Made by a program: the position numbers and the translations under genes. Shown one piece after another: positions 31,453 to 43,092 of a stretch of DNA of 64,000 bases; positions within the stretch are counted from its first letter, which is position 1; each line of letters begins with the position of its first letter. The notes beneath the pieces were generated by a model that searched no databases, was not told the DNA's origin, and saw nothing but the letters and a program-made list of their open reading frames with translations. The stretch is from an uncultured Gammaproteobacteria bacterium (GTDB lineage: Bacteria > Pseudomonadota > Gammaproteobacteria > JACCXJ01): contig CAVXTM010000018.1 in NCBI GenBank assembly GCA_963764725.1, positions 32,001 to 96,000 of the forward strand, written 5' to 3'.

Positions 31453-32691
31453 ATGTCACCGACCGAATCCACCCTCACCCTCATCCTGGCGCTCGGGGCC
31501 GACACCCGTCTGGCACCGTTAACTACCGACCGCGCGAAGTCTGCGATCCCGTTCGGCGGCAACTACCGCGTCATCGACTTCACCTTGGCCAATTGTCTGC
31601 ATTCCGGGCTGCGGCGCGTACTGGTATTCACGCAATACCGGTCGCATTCATTGCAGCGGCACCTGCACGACGGCTGGTCTATCTTCAATCCCGAGCTCGG
31701 TGAATTCATCACCTCCATACCACCGCAGATGATGAGCGACAGCGCCGGCTACGCGGGGGCAATCGATGCCCTTTATCAAAACCTCCACATGGTGGAACGC
31801 AGCGCTTCGGATTATGTCTGCGTGCTCTCGGGCGAACATGTCTATCGCATGGACTACGCCGCGCTCATCGACTTTCACGTCGCGCGCAAGGCGACGGCCA
31901 CGATCGCGTGTATTCGCCCCGATGATCTGATCTACAAGGATTTTCAATGCTGCGTCGAGGTCGAAGGCGAGGCCGTCACGGCCTTTGCTGCCCCGGTCCC
32001 GGGGGCACAAGCAACCTCGCTCGCGTCGATGGAGATCTATGTATTCTCGAAGGCGGCGTTCGTGCAAGCGGTCACGGAGATCCGGCGCGCGGCGCCTCCC
32101 GGCCCGGTCGATCCCGCCACCGCACTGATCCCGCATTTCATCCGCCAAGGTGCGCGCGTTCTCGCCTACCTCTTCGGCGGGAAGAGGGGACGCGTCACCC
32201 AGGACCGGTATTGGCGCCGCATCGAGACCTTGGACGACTACTATGAAGCGAACATGGATCTCCTGCGCCCCGAGCCGCCCATCGACCTTTATCAACGCGA
32301 CTGGTCGATCCGGACCTACCACGCTCAAAATCCGCCGGCCCGCACGGTGCCCGGCCGTTCCTCCGCCGAGGGCGTGTGCATTAACTCCATCGTCGCGAGC
32401 GGCACAGTGATCGCCGGTGGCGGCGTCAACCACAGCATTCTGTTCCCTCGCGTCTCGGTTGAAGACGGCGCGACGGTCGAAGACTGTATCCTCTTAGCCG
32501 GCGTCGAGGTGGGAGACGGAGCGCGCCTGCATCGCTGCATCGTGGACAAGCACGTCCAGATCCCCCCCGGCGAGACCATCGGCTACGATCGCGCGCGGGA
32601 CGCGGAACGGTTTACCGTAACGCCGAAAGGCATCGTCGTGGTGCCCAAAGGCTTTCGATTCGCCCGCCCCGCCGATGGACCTCATCACTGA
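31453..32691 (+). CDS. glgC: Divergent glucose-1-phosphate adenylyltransferase-like protein (probably non-catalytic)
   Basis: RAKSAIPFGGNYRVIDF and a C-terminal hexapeptide beta-helix, but key motifs are altered (LALGAD, SGEH, no FxEKP). Confidence 0.8.
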   Translation: MSPTESTLTLILALGADTRLAPLTTDRAKSAIPFGGNYRVIDFTLANCLHSGLRRVLVFTQYRSHSLQRHLHDGWSIFNPELGEFITSIPPQMMSDSAGYAGAIDALYQNLHMVERSASDYVCVLSGEHVYRMDYAALIDFHVARKATATIACIRPDDLIYKDFQCCVEVEGEAVTAFAAPVPGAQATSLASMEIYVFSKAAFVQAVTEIRRAAPPGPVDPATALIPHFIRQGARVLAYLFGGKRGRVTQDRYWRRIETLDDYYEANMDLLRPEPPIDLYQRDWSIRTYHAQNPPARTVPGRSSAEGVCINSIVASGTVIAGGGVNHSILFPRVSVEDGATVEDCILLAGVEVGDGARLHRCIVDKHVQIPPGETIGYDRARDAERFTVTPKGIVVVPKGFRFARPADGPHH

Positions 32692-34120
32692 GTTACGCCG
32701 TCTGCTGCCGCGGGAGGCGGTCATCGCCGATCCCGCCTCGCTCTCCGTCTACGAGTGCGATGCCTTGTCCGCGTATCGCCAATCCCCGAAAGTCGTGGTC
32801 TTACCGCGCACGGCCGAAGAGGTGCGAGCGATTCTGCGCCTATGCCACCGCTTGCGCGTGCCGGTCGTGGCTCGCGGCGCCGGCACCGGACTCTCGGGCG
32901 GCGCGCTGCCCCATGCCGAAGGGGTATTACTGAGCCTCACGCGGCTAAACCGCATTTTGAACATCGACCCAGTGAACCGGACAGCCACGGTGGAACCGGG
33001 CGTTCGCAATGCGGAGATCTCCGAGGCCGCGGCGCCCCATGGCCTTTGCTATGCCCCCGATCCCTCCTCCCAGATCGCCTGCACTATCGGCGGCAACGTG
33101 GCCGAGAACTCCGGCGGAGTTCACTGCCTGAAATATGGACTTACTCTCAATAATCTCTTGGCCTTAACTGTAATGACCATTGAGGGTGAATGCCTGGAAC
33201 TCGGCGGCCAGGCATTGGATGCGCCGGGATATGACCTGCTCGCGCTCATGACCGGGTCCGAGGGCCTGCTCGGGATCGTTACCTCGGTCACGGTGAAACT
33301 CTTACCTCAACCGCAAGCCGCGCAGGTCTTGCTAGCGGCGTTCAAACGCGTCGAAGACGCCGGTAACGGCGTGGCCGCGGTGATAGCGGCCGGGATCATT
33401 CCCGCGGGTCTCGAGATGATGGACCGCTTAGCGATCGAAGCCGCCGAGGATTTCGTGCATGCCGGTTATCCGCTCGATGCGGAGGCGATTCTGTTGTGCG
33501 AGATCGACGGCCATCCGGCCGAAATCGAGGCGGAATTGCCGCGTGTCGCGGAAATCCTTAAAGCCCAAGGGGCGACGGAAGTACGCGTGGCCAGAGACGA
33601 GAGCGAACGGCAGCGCTTCTGGACCGGGCGCAAAGCCGCTTTCCCGGCCATAGGTAGGATTGCCCCCGATTACTATTGCATGGACGGCACCATCCCGCGC
33701 CGGCAACTCGCCACGGTGCTATCGCGCATCAGCGCGCTGTCGCAAGAGTTCGGGCTGGCGGTGGCCAACGTCTTCCATGCGGGCGATGGTAACCTGCATC
33801 CGCTCATCCTCTATGACGCCAATGCCCCCGGTCAATTGGAACGGGCGGAAGCGTTGGGCGAGAAGATTCTCGAAGTTTGCGTCGAGGTCGGTGGCACCAT
33901 CACCGGGGAACATGGCGTGGGGGTCGAGAAGCTAAACCAGATGTGCGTCCAGTTCAACGCCGAGGAGCTTGAGCAATTTCATGCCGTCAAACGCGCCTTC
34001 GACCCCGACGGTCTTCTCAACCCCGGCAAAGCGATCCCGACGCTTAGGCGTTGCGCCGAATTCGGGGCGCTGCACGTGCACGCCGGCAAGCTGCCGTTTC
34101 CGGAGCTTGAGCGGTTTTAG
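32675..34120 (+). CDS. glcD: Glycolate oxidase FAD-linked subunit
   Basis: RGAGTGLSGGA, PDPSSQIACTIGGN, HAGDGNLHP and GEHGVG. Confidence 0.92.
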   Translation: MDLITELRRLLPREAVIADPASLSVYECDALSAYRQSPKVVVLPRTAEEVRAILRLCHRLRVPVVARGAGTGLSGGALPHAEGVLLSLTRLNRILNIDPVNRTATVEPGVRNAEISEAAAPHGLCYAPDPSSQIACTIGGNVAENSGGVHCLKYGLTLNNLLALTVMTIEGECLELGGQALDAPGYDLLALMTGSEGLLGIVTSVTVKLLPQPQAAQVLLAAFKRVEDAGNGVAAVIAAGIIPAGLEMMDRLAIEAAEDFVHAGYPLDAEAILLCEIDGHPAEIEAELPRVAEILKAQGATEVRVARDESERQRFWTGRKAAFPAIGRIAPDYYCMDGTIPRRQLATVLSRISALSQEFGLAVANVFHAGDGNLHPLILYDANAPGQLERAEALGEKILEVCVEVGGTITGEHGVGVEKLNQMCVQFNAEELEQFHAVKRAFDPDGLLNPGKAIPTLRRCAEFGALHVHAGKLPFPELERF

Positions 34121-34159
34121 GGGAAAGGGCGGTCGTAGTGATAGGTTCACCCAAAGCTG

Positions 34160-34637
34160 CACCATTTCGAATAGGCCGCCGCGTGGCGCGTGCCTTCGTT
34201 GAACGTATCGGATGCGTCGGTGAACACGAACACCTCGTAGCCATCTTGGAGCGCCGAGAGGGCAGGGAACGCCACGCACACTTCGGTGAGAACGCGGGCG
34301 ATGAGCAACTGCTTGCCGCCCCGGTCGCCTTGACCGTCTTCACAAAGTCCTCGTTATCCCAGGCATTTATGTTACCTGGACGGGCAATGAAGGGCGCGTT
34401 CGGAAAGGTGTCCTTCAAGTCCGGTAGGATTGGCCCGTTTGGTCCATCCTGAAAGCTGGTGGTTAGAATGGTCGGCAGCTTGAAGTACTTGGCGAGGTCG
34501 GCAAGCGTAAGGACGTTATTCTTGAATTCGGCAGGCGTAGAATCCTGCACAAGATTGCAGAGAGCGCACTGGTGATCCACCAGCAGGCAAGCGGCGTCAT
34601 CTTTCAATAGCCGGGTGTACTTATACGATGTGCTTAT
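34160..34637 (-). pseudogene. YcaC-like isochorismatase-family hydrolase pseudogene
   Basis: LLVDHQ, TTSFQDGPNGP and RPGNINAWDNEDF. ATA instead of ATG after GGAGGAG, plus a frameshift and 3' truncation. Confidence 0.8.
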
Positions 34638-34685
34638 GATTGACTCCTCCTGCGGTTGATTGATCCGAAGTGGATCGGTTGTGGT

Positions 34686-34750
34686 GCCCAGCGCTCCGGT
34701 TCAGCGGTGGTGCGACAGCACCGGCCGCTGCAACCGGATAGACGTTAACC
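34686..34750 (-). other. Integron attC-like recombination site
   Basis: Minus strand GGTTAAC...CCGGTTGCAGCGG...CCGCTGAACCGG...GCTGGGC, starting 5 bp after a stop codon. Confidence 0.65.
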
Positions 34751-34755
34751 AGTGC

Positions 34756-35398
34756 TCATAGAGCATTCCGCCGCGCTTCCGCTATCTTGTAGGGGCTCCA
34801 CGTTTTCTCCAAGATCGGCATGAGGCGCGAGCGAGCGGCGCTGATTTCCTGGCTGAGCCTTCTCAATGTATCTGGTCCTTGCCGCAACATCGTGAACAGG
34901 CTTTGACGGCGTGCCTCCAATTCCCGATCTAACGCGCTGATGTCCCGTGGATCGACAGGTTGATTGGGATTGAACCGGAAATTTCGTTCGTGTCCCCGTC
35001 GCCACTGAACCAAATCAGATGTCAGGGCCTCTCCGAAGCCCGGTATCTGGGTGATCTTTTGTCCAGCGATATCTGCCGCAGTTTCGATCCCGTATGACGC
35101 CAGCATCGAGGTCCGCCCCGGCCCGATGCCTCGGATTCCGGCCCGCTCGATGCGAAAGCGATCGAGATAACGTTGCCGCTGCTCGCTCTCGCGCTGCGCT
35201 TCGAGTTTCGCCATTCTCCGCCGGCGTTCATGCGGCAGATCAATTAGCTCTGTGCGCGAATTCTCCAAGCTCTTCAGCTTCTCCGAAAAGGCGTTCCGGG
35301 ACGCTTCGCGCTGCCATCTGCCGAGAGCATTCTGCCATTCGGCATGAGTAGCGGAGTACGTCCGTTCAGCGGCCGATCGCTTGCTGCCTTTTAGCATT
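34756..35398 (-). pseudogene. C-terminal fragment of a YegI-like kinase/helix-hairpin-helix protein
   Basis: IRGIGPGRTSMLASYGIETAADI...IPGFGEAL..W.R..ERNFRF; the kinase domain is missing. Confidence 0.7.
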
Positions 35399-35648
35399 GT
35401 AGCTCGTGATTCGATTGCTGTAGCCCGGGAGGTGACTCGAAAGCAGTTTGCCCCAGCCCTTCGATGTCGTTGCGCCAATCACGATGTAGTTCGCTGACGA
35501 CGGCCATTCAGTTTACCAATTGCAGGCCTGCGCCCGCGAGTACGCCGGCAGGAAATGGGTGGAGCACGCAATCGAAAGCTCCGCGCGTCGAGGGGCGACA
35601 GGCTCCCAGCTTGACAGTATGCATGGAGCATCCTTACGATACATACGC

Positions 35649-35894
35649 ATGAAGACCCGTGTCACCATCACCCTAGATCCTGAAGTGCATGCCCGCGCCA
35701 AGGCGGTGGCACGGGCGCGGCGCACCACCGTCTCCGGCTTGATCGAGGCGTTTCTCCGTTCGGAGCAGGCGGCCGGGACCGGCAGTTCGCTGGTCGATGA
35801 GGTGCTCGGATGTGCCGAACTGCGCACCGTGGATCCCGGACGCGATCCTCTCTATGACGCCTTGCACGCCCGCCACATCGCCCGCCGCCGGTGA
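35649..35894 (+). CDS. Antitoxin (DUF6364/RHH-like)
   Basis: MKTRVTITLDPEVHARAKAVARARRTTVSGLIE; coupled to the PIN gene. Confidence 0.75.
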   Translation: MKTRVTITLDPEVHARAKAVARARRTTVSGLIEAFLRSEQAAGTGSSLVDEVLGCAELRTVDPGRDPLYDALHARHIARRR

Positions 35895-36286
35895 GAGTCC
35901 TGCTGGATACCGACGTCCTACTGGACGTGGCGCTGGCACGTGAGCCGTTTGCCGCAGACAGCGCGGACGTGCTGCGCTGGGCCGAAGCGGGCGGCGCGGC
36001 GGCCGTGGCCTGGCACTCGCTGACTAACTGCGCTTACCTGCTCAAGGGCGGCGGGCGGCCTTTCCTGGAACGCCTGCTGCGCCTCGTCGAGGTGGCGCCT
36101 GTGGCGACCGCCGATGCCCGGCGCGCCCTGGATCTGCCCCTGTCGGACGTCGAGGATGCGTTTCAAGCGGCCGCCGCGCTGGCCTGGCAGGCGGACGTAA
36201 TCGTGACGCGTAACGTTTCGGACTACCGTCGCTCGCCGGTGCGAGCGCTTTCACCCGCGGCCTTCCTCAAGCACGCCGCCACCTGA
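35891..36286 (+). CDS. PIN-domain (VapC-like) toxin
   Basis: VLLDTDVLLD, DVEDAFQ and IVTRNVSDY. Confidence 0.85.
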   Translation: MRVLLDTDVLLDVALAREPFAADSADVLRWAEAGGAAAVAWHSLTNCAYLLKGGGRPFLERLLRLVEVAPVATADARRALDLPLSDVEDAFQAAAALAWQADVIVTRNVSDYRRSPVRALSPAAFLKHAAT

Positions 36287-36360
36287 TCCGCCTACGATAT
36301 CTGGCCAACCCGCGCCGCCTCATTCGGGAGAGAATACAGCATTCAAAACGAGCCTCAATG

Positions 36361-37017
36361 TCATCCGCCATAATAACCTCGCGAATTATCTGCCCCCACA
36401 CATATCACCACGAGATGCCGTGGCGCTACCAGCGCCGGAACCTCAAGCCGATGCACCTGCGCTTCCGGGACCGCGGACCCTAGCGCCTCGATTTCCGCCG
36501 CCGGGTAGCTTCCCTTCATCGCTAGGATGCGCCCGTCGTCGCGACTCACGGGCAGGGCCAAACGCACCAGCATGTCCAGCGATCCCACGGCCCGAGAGAT
36601 CACGGTCGAAAAGGCGGTTTCGGGACGATAGTCTTCGGCCCGCGCGTGCACGATCTCGACGCGCCCCGGCCCTAGCTCGATGAGCACTTGGCGCAGGAAA
36701 CGGATCTTCTTGAGGCTCCGATCGAGGAGCACCCACTCTCGATCGGGATCCGCGAGGGCCAACACCATGCCCGGTATACCCGCGCCGCTGCCGATATCGA
36801 GGAGCCGCCCGCCGTAGAGGTAGGGGAGTACGGCGAGGCTGTCCAAGAGGTGCCGCGCCACCATCGCATCGAGATCACGGATCCCGCTGAGATTGTAAAT
36901 GCGATTCCAGCGGTGCAGTAAGCGCAGGAATGCGATCAGGGCTACGCGCCGATCCGCCGCGAGATCGAGTCCCAAGGATCCGAGCCCCGCGTCCAGGTGG
37001 AGCGCGAGCGCATCCAC
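36361..37017 (-). CDS. rsmG: 16S rRNA m7G527 methyltransferase
   Basis: WNRIYNLS, HLLDSL, DIGSGAGIPG and SRA; downstream of mnmG. Confidence 0.93.
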   Translation of the reverse strand: MDALALHLDAGLGSLGLDLAADRRVALIAFLRLLHRWNRIYNLSGIRDLDAMVARHLLDSLAVLPYLYGGRLLDIGSGAGIPGMVLALADPDREWVLLDRSLKKIRFLRQVLIELGPGRVEIVHARAEDYRPETAFSTVISRAVGSLDMLVRLALPVSRDDGRILAMKGSYPAAEIEALGSAVPEAQVHRLEVPALVAPRHLVVICVGADNSRGYYGG

Positions 37018-37021
37018 GAGC

Positions 37022-38905
37022 TTACGCGCTCTGGGCGCAACGTTTCTTCAAATGCACGCGCAGCAATGAAATCGCCGCGGGGGTGATGCCTGAGATCCGC
37101 GAGGCCTGCCCGAGCGTCGCGGGCCGGTATTGCGATAGTTTTTGAACGACCTCGGCCGACAAACCGCGAACGGCTGTATAGTCCAAATCGAGCGCCAGCG
37201 GAGTCTCCTCTTGCGCCAGATTTCTCGTCACCTCTTGCTGTTGCCGATCGATGTAACCGCTGTAGCGGGCTTGGATCTCGATCTGCCCGGCTACGGTGGG
37301 ATCATCGACGCCGGGCCCCGCGCCGGGCAATGACATGAGAGCTGAATAGGCTAAATCTGGCCGCCGTAACAGCTCGGCGAGTGTTTGCTCGCGCGCCAAT
37401 GGCCCGCCGAGCACGCGCAGGGACTCGGCGGGCGGGATATCGTCGGGCCGCAACCAGGTCGCGCGCAGGCGCGTTTGCTCGGATGCGATCCGGTCGCGCT
37501 TGGTTTCAAACCCGCGCCAGCGCGCATCGTCCACCAGACCCAATGTTCGGCCTTTCGGCGTGAGCCTGAGATCGGCGTTATCTTCTCGCAACATCAGGCG
37601 GTACTCGGCGCGGCTGGTGAACATCCGGTACGGTTCGCTCGTGCCGCGGGTAATCAAATCATCGATCAGCACGCCGATATAGGCCTCATCGCGGCGCGGC
37701 GTCCAAGGGTCGCGATCCCGGACCCTCAAGGCGGCGTTCATTCCGGCGATCAATCCCTGCGCGGCCGCCTCCTCGTAGCCGGTCGTGCCGTTGATCTGGC
37801 CGGCGAAAAATAACCCTCGAATATGCTTGGTCTCGAGCGAGGGCTGCAAGTCGCGCGGGTCGAAGAAATCGTATTCGATCGCGTAACCGGGACGGGTGAT
37901 ATGGGCTCGCTCGAAACCTACGATCGATCGAACGAACGCCATCTGGACGTCGAAGGGAAGGCTGGTCGAGATCCCGTTCGGATAGACTTCCTCGGTCTCC
38001 AGGCCTTCCGGCTCGACGAAGATCTGGTGGGTCTCCTTGGCGGCGAAACGCACGACCTTGTCCTCCACCGAGGGACAATAGCGCGGTCCCACCCCTTCGA
38101 TATTGCCGTTGTACATCGGCGAGCGATGCAGCCCCGCGCGGATGCACGCATGGGTTTGTGCGTTGGTGCGGGTGATATGGCATTGGACCTGGCGTGGATG
38201 TTCGGCGTTCGTGCCGAGAAAAGAAAATATCGGTACCGGTTCGTCCCCCGGTTGCGTCTCCATCTTCTCGTAGTCCAGCGTGCGTCCGTCGAGCCGCGGA
38301 GGTGTCCCTGTCTTCAGCCGGCCGACACGGAACGGCATTTCCCGCAGCCGCTGCGCCAAAACGTTGGACGGGGGATCCCCCGCGCGGCCTCCTTGGTGGT
38401 TTTGATCGCCCACATGGATCTTACCGCCGAGAAAAGTCCCCACGGTCAAGACGACACAGGGCGCCTCGAAGCGCAGCCCGATCTGCGTGACGATCCCAGC
38501 GATCCGGTCACCTGCTAGGATCAGGTCCTCGACTGAGTTTTGAAAGATCGTAAGATTGGATTGTGCTTCGAGCGCTCGCCGCACGACGCGCTTGTAGAGG
38601 GTCCGGTCGATCTGCGCACGGGTTGCGCGCACCGCCGGACCTTTGCGGGCGTTCAATATCCTAAACTGGATCCCCGCCCGGTCGGCGGCTCGCGCCATCA
38701 ACCCGCCGAGGGCATCGATCTCCTTGGCCAAATGCCCTTTGCCGATGCCGCCGATCGCCGGGTTGCAGGACATCTGCCCGAGCGTCTCGATGTTCTGCGT
38801 CAATAGCAGCGTTCGGGCGCCGAGCCGCGCCGCGGCTAACGCCGCCTCGGTTCCGGCGTGGCCGCCCCCGACGACGATGACCTCAAAGCTATCGGTATAC
38901 AACAC
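37022..38905 (-). CDS. mnmG: tRNA uridine 5-carboxymethylaminomethyl modification enzyme
   Basis: [22 protein letters not shown] and [16 protein letters not shown]. Confidence 0.97.
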   Translation of the reverse strand: MLYTDSFEVIVVGGGHAGTEAALAAARLGARTLLLTQNIETLGQMSCNPAIGGIGKGHLAKEIDALGGLMARAADRAGIQFRILNARKGPAVRATRAQIDRTLYKRVVRRALEAQSNLTIFQNSVEDLILAGDRIAGIVTQIGLRFEAPCVVLTVGTFLGGKIHVGDQNHQGGRAGDPPSNVLAQRLREMPFRVGRLKTGTPPRLDGRTLDYEKMETQPGDEPVPIFSFLGTNAEHPRQVQCHITRTNAQTHACIRAGLHRSPMYNGNIEGVGPRYCPSVEDKVVRFAAKETHQIFVEPEGLETEEVYPNGISTSLPFDVQMAFVRSIVGFERAHITRPGYAIEYDFFDPRDLQPSLETKHIRGLFFAGQINGTTGYEEAAAQGLIAGMNAALRVRDRDPWTPRRDEAYIGVLIDDLITRGTSEPYRMFTSRAEYRLMLREDNADLRLTPKGRTLGLVDDARWRGFETKRDRIASEQTRLRATWLRPDDIPPAESLRVLGGPLAREQTLAELLRRPDLAYSALMSLPGAGPGVDDPTVAGQIEIQARYSGYIDRQQQEVTRNLAQEETPLALDLDYTAVRGLSAEVVQKLSQYRPATLGQASRISGITPAAISLLRVHLKKRCAQSA

Positions 38906-38958
38906 GCGACCGAGCTAAAGGCGGGACATCCACCTAAGGTTCGATCCAGTTCAATGAG

Positions 38959-39375
38959 CTACTTCGCGCCCAGGATTATCGCGGCGCGTTGGTAGTCCTT
39001 GGGTTTTACCCAGAAGATCATGCCGAAGCGGCCGTTACCGGTGCTAATGGCATCCGCCGCGGTGACATTGATCTTCTTATCCGCAAGCTTTGCCAGCGGG
39101 GCTAAGACGGCGCCCACTTCGTCATCCCCTTGAACCAAGAATCCCTTTCTCGGGTTGCTCACTTTCCATTTGTTAAGCTTGGCGAGCTTGGTCAGATCCG
39201 CCATTTTCTCCGGCATAAGGTCGAACTGCGCCAGACCTTGGCCGCACGGAAACGCGCTTAACGCAAGCAAGTTGACGCCTGCTTCCTTGAGTACTTTTAG
39301 GATCTTCCCACCCTGCCCCGCGCGGCTAGCGATGGTGAGGTAACAGTAGTCCATCTTGCGAACGGTGTGTGCCAT
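38959..39375 (-). CDS. Tandem ACT-domain-like protein
   Basis: RAGQGGKILKVLKEAGVNL and DEVGAVLAPLAKLADKKINV. Confidence 0.65.
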   Translation of the reverse strand: MAHTVRKMDYCYLTIASRAGQGGKILKVLKEAGVNLLALSAFPCGQGLAQFDLMPEKMADLTKLAKLNKWKVSNPRKGFLVQGDDEVGAVLAPLAKLADKKINVTAADAISTGNGRFGMIFWVKPKDYQRAAIILGAK

Positions 39376-39423
39376 GTTTTTTCTCCTTGATCGGTGTCCA
39401 CGAATTGTTCAATCGATTCTTAA

Positions 39424-39542
39424 TTCTGAATACGCCGCCGTTTTTGGCGGGCACTTTAGCATTGGGGTTTCCAAAGGGGAGTAGTGCAACTCTCCCTTTG
39501 GTCAAGGGCGGGGTTCATACCCGTCCGCGTAACATCAATTTC
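39424..39542 (-). repeat. ~125-bp palindromic repeat, copy 2
   Basis: Reverse complement of 6-130. Confidence 0.88.
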
Positions 39543-39587
39543 CACTGTAGAATATTACCATATGATTATAGCACTTGAGGGTAACAA

Positions 39588-40436
39588 ATGGCCGCTTCGG
39601 CAAAGCAGCGAGAGCTCGAGTTCAACAAGTTACAGAAGCGCATACGCCGCAACGTAGGTCGTGCGATCGAGGACTTTCGAATGATCGACGAAGGCGACCG
39701 GGTGATGGTGTGCCTTTCGGGTGGCAAGGATTCCTACACGATGCTAGATATCTTGCTCAACCTCAGGCGGCGCGCTCCCGTGGCATTCGAGCTTGTGGCC
39801 GTCAACCTCGATCAAAAACAGCCGGGCTTCCCCGAGGATGTATTGCCGCTTTATTTGCAACGCCTCGGTATTCCCTTCCACATCATCGAGCAGGACACCT
39901 ATAGCATCGTCAAGCGCGTGATCCCAGAGGGCGCGACCCTATGCGGGATCTGTTCGCGGCTGAGACGTGGTGTTTTATACAGATTCGCGCGTGAGCACGG
40001 TATGAGCAAGATCGCGCTCGGTCATCACCGCGATGATATCGTGGAAACGTTTTTCCTGAATATGTTCTTCGCCGGTAAGCTGAAGGCCATGCCGCCCAAG
40101 TTATTGAGCGATGATGGGAAGCACGTGGTGATCCGGCCGCTCGCCTATTGCGCCGAAACCGATATCGCCGCCTACGCGGAGGCGAAACAGTTTCCGATCA
40201 TCCCTTGTAATCTCTGTGGATTGCAAGAGGACCTGCAACGCGTCGCCATCAAGAACATGTTGCAACAGTGGGACAGGCAAACGCCCGGACGGTTGGAGAC
40301 GATTTACCGGAGCCTGCAACACGTGGTTCCCTCGCACCTCGGCGACACCGCGCTCTTTGACTTCGCACGCTTAGGGCGCACGAGAGGCGAGGGACTCCCC
40401 ACCCAAAAATGGCTGGTCGCGGAGGAAGCACAATGA
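39588..40436 (+). CDS. ttcA: tRNA 2-thiocytidine synthetase
   Basis: [22 protein letters not shown] and PCNLCG. Confidence 0.95.
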   Translation: MAASAKQRELEFNKLQKRIRRNVGRAIEDFRMIDEGDRVMVCLSGGKDSYTMLDILLNLRRRAPVAFELVAVNLDQKQPGFPEDVLPLYLQRLGIPFHIIEQDTYSIVKRVIPEGATLCGICSRLRRGVLYRFAREHGMSKIALGHHRDDIVETFFLNMFFAGKLKAMPPKLLSDDGKHVVIRPLAYCAETDIAAYAEAKQFPIIPCNLCGLQEDLQRVAIKNMLQQWDRQTPGRLETIYRSLQHVVPSHLGDTALFDFARLGRTRGEGLPTQKWLVAEEAQ

Positions 40437-41542
40437 GCCCGCTCACTGCGCCCGCCGATGCGCGGGCGCTCATGCATTCGATTCTGCAACGCATCGCCAC
40501 CGGACCGGAGATGAGCAAAAGCATCTCGGAAGCCGATGCCCGGGGCGGGATGCGCGCCGTGCTCGACGCGCAGATCGATCCCGTGCAAGCCGGTATCTTT
40601 CTCATCGCACTGCGCATGAAGCGCGAAACCGATGAGGAGACGCTCGGGGTGCTCCAAGCGCTCCTTGAAATCACGACCACCGTCACCGCTCACGTCGATG
40701 AACTTCTGGTGCTGAGCGACCCGTATGATGGCTGTAAACGCATGCTGCCCGCCTCCCCGTTCTTGCCTGCCCTGCTCGCCGCGTGCGGCGTACCCGCGAT
40801 GACCCACGGCATCGAGATCCTCGGGCCTAAATTCGGCCTTACGGCTCGGCAAGTGCTGCGCGCGGCGGGTCAAGCGGTCGGCCTGAGCATCGCCGAGGCG
40901 GCGGAAAGGGTCGCGGACCCCGGCATCGGTTGGGCCTATGTAGATCAATCGTCATACGCACCCCAACTGCACGCGCTGACGCAGCTACGCAATCTGATCG
41001 TGAAGCGCTCGGTGCTCAACACCGCCGAGATCGCGATCGCGCCCATTCGCGGCCGCCGGAAAACGCATTTGATCACCGGCTATGTGCATAAAAACTATCC
41101 GCGGATCTATGCCCTCCTCGCCCGCGCCGCGCGATTCGACTCGGCCTTGATCGTGAAAGGCTTGGAAGGCGGCGTGATCCCCTCCTTGCAGAAACCCGCA
41201 CGCTTGTTCTACTACCGCGGACAAACGGAACTAGAATCGATCGAAGTTGACCCTACCGGTTTAGGGTTCGATCAAACCGAAAAGGCAACTCGTCCCCCTG
41301 CGCCGGGAGCTTCGGGTCCCTTGGCCGCGGATCCGAAATCCCTTGCACGCGCCGCGGCCCATCAAGGAATGGAGACGCTGGACGGTAAACCAGGATCCAT
41401 GCGGGACGCATTGGCCTTCGGCGCCGCCTTGTGCTTATGGCACATCGGCCGTCACGCCTCCGTGAGTGACGCCGTCGAGGAGGTGCACGGCGTGCTAACA
41501 AGCGGCGCAGCTTTGGGGCGTCTCGCGCGCGGGGAGTCTTGA
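40433..41542 (+). CDS. Anthranilate phosphoribosyltransferase-like protein (YbiB/TrpD2 group)
   Basis: [19 protein letters not shown] and VKGLEG. Confidence 0.75.
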   Translation: MSPLTAPADARALMHSILQRIATGPEMSKSISEADARGGMRAVLDAQIDPVQAGIFLIALRMKRETDEETLGVLQALLEITTTVTAHVDELLVLSDPYDGCKRMLPASPFLPALLAACGVPAMTHGIEILGPKFGLTARQVLRAAGQAVGLSIAEAAERVADPGIGWAYVDQSSYAPQLHALTQLRNLIVKRSVLNTAEIAIAPIRGRRKTHLITGYVHKNYPRIYALLARAARFDSALIVKGLEGGVIPSLQKPARLFYYRGQTELESIEVDPTGLGFDQTEKATRPPAPGASGPLAADPKSLARAAAHQGMETLDGKPGSMRDALAFGAALCLWHIGRHASVSDAVEEVHGVLTSGAALGRLARGES

Positions 41543-41548
41543 AGTTGC

Positions 41549-41618
41549 GTAGGATGTGCCGACGTTAGGAGGCGCATCGGTCGCGACCGATGGGCTTCGT
41601 AAACTCAGCCCATCCTGC
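41549..41618. repeat. GTAG-type REP doublet
   Basis: GTAGGATGTGCCGA...GCGCATC spacer GATGGGC...TCAGCCCATCCTGC. Confidence 0.65.
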
Positions 41619-41707
41619 ACGCGCTAGTGTAGTGTCTGGTAAATAATTTACATAAAAGCGACTACAAAAATTCCCTCTCCCTCCCGGGAGAGCAACCGTG
41701 TTCAAAG

Positions 41708-42908
<1,201 letters not shown>

Positions 42909-43092
42909 GGCTAGGGTGAGGGGAGGTTAGCACCGTGGTTCTGATCCCCTCATCCCAACCTTCTCCCGGAGGGAGAAGGGGTAAAAATTATGCAAGCTTC
43001 TATCGAGACAGGTTACTAGGCACAGACCGCATAGTCGGCTAAAACGAAGTCGCGCTTATACTTTCCTTATAACTCCACGCATTGGACCGCAC

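Noticed and set aside
38906-39587. oriC expected upstream of mnmG (gidA)
   Set aside because: No cluster of DnaA boxes or AT-rich unwinding element was seen; the space holds an ACT-like gene and a repeat.
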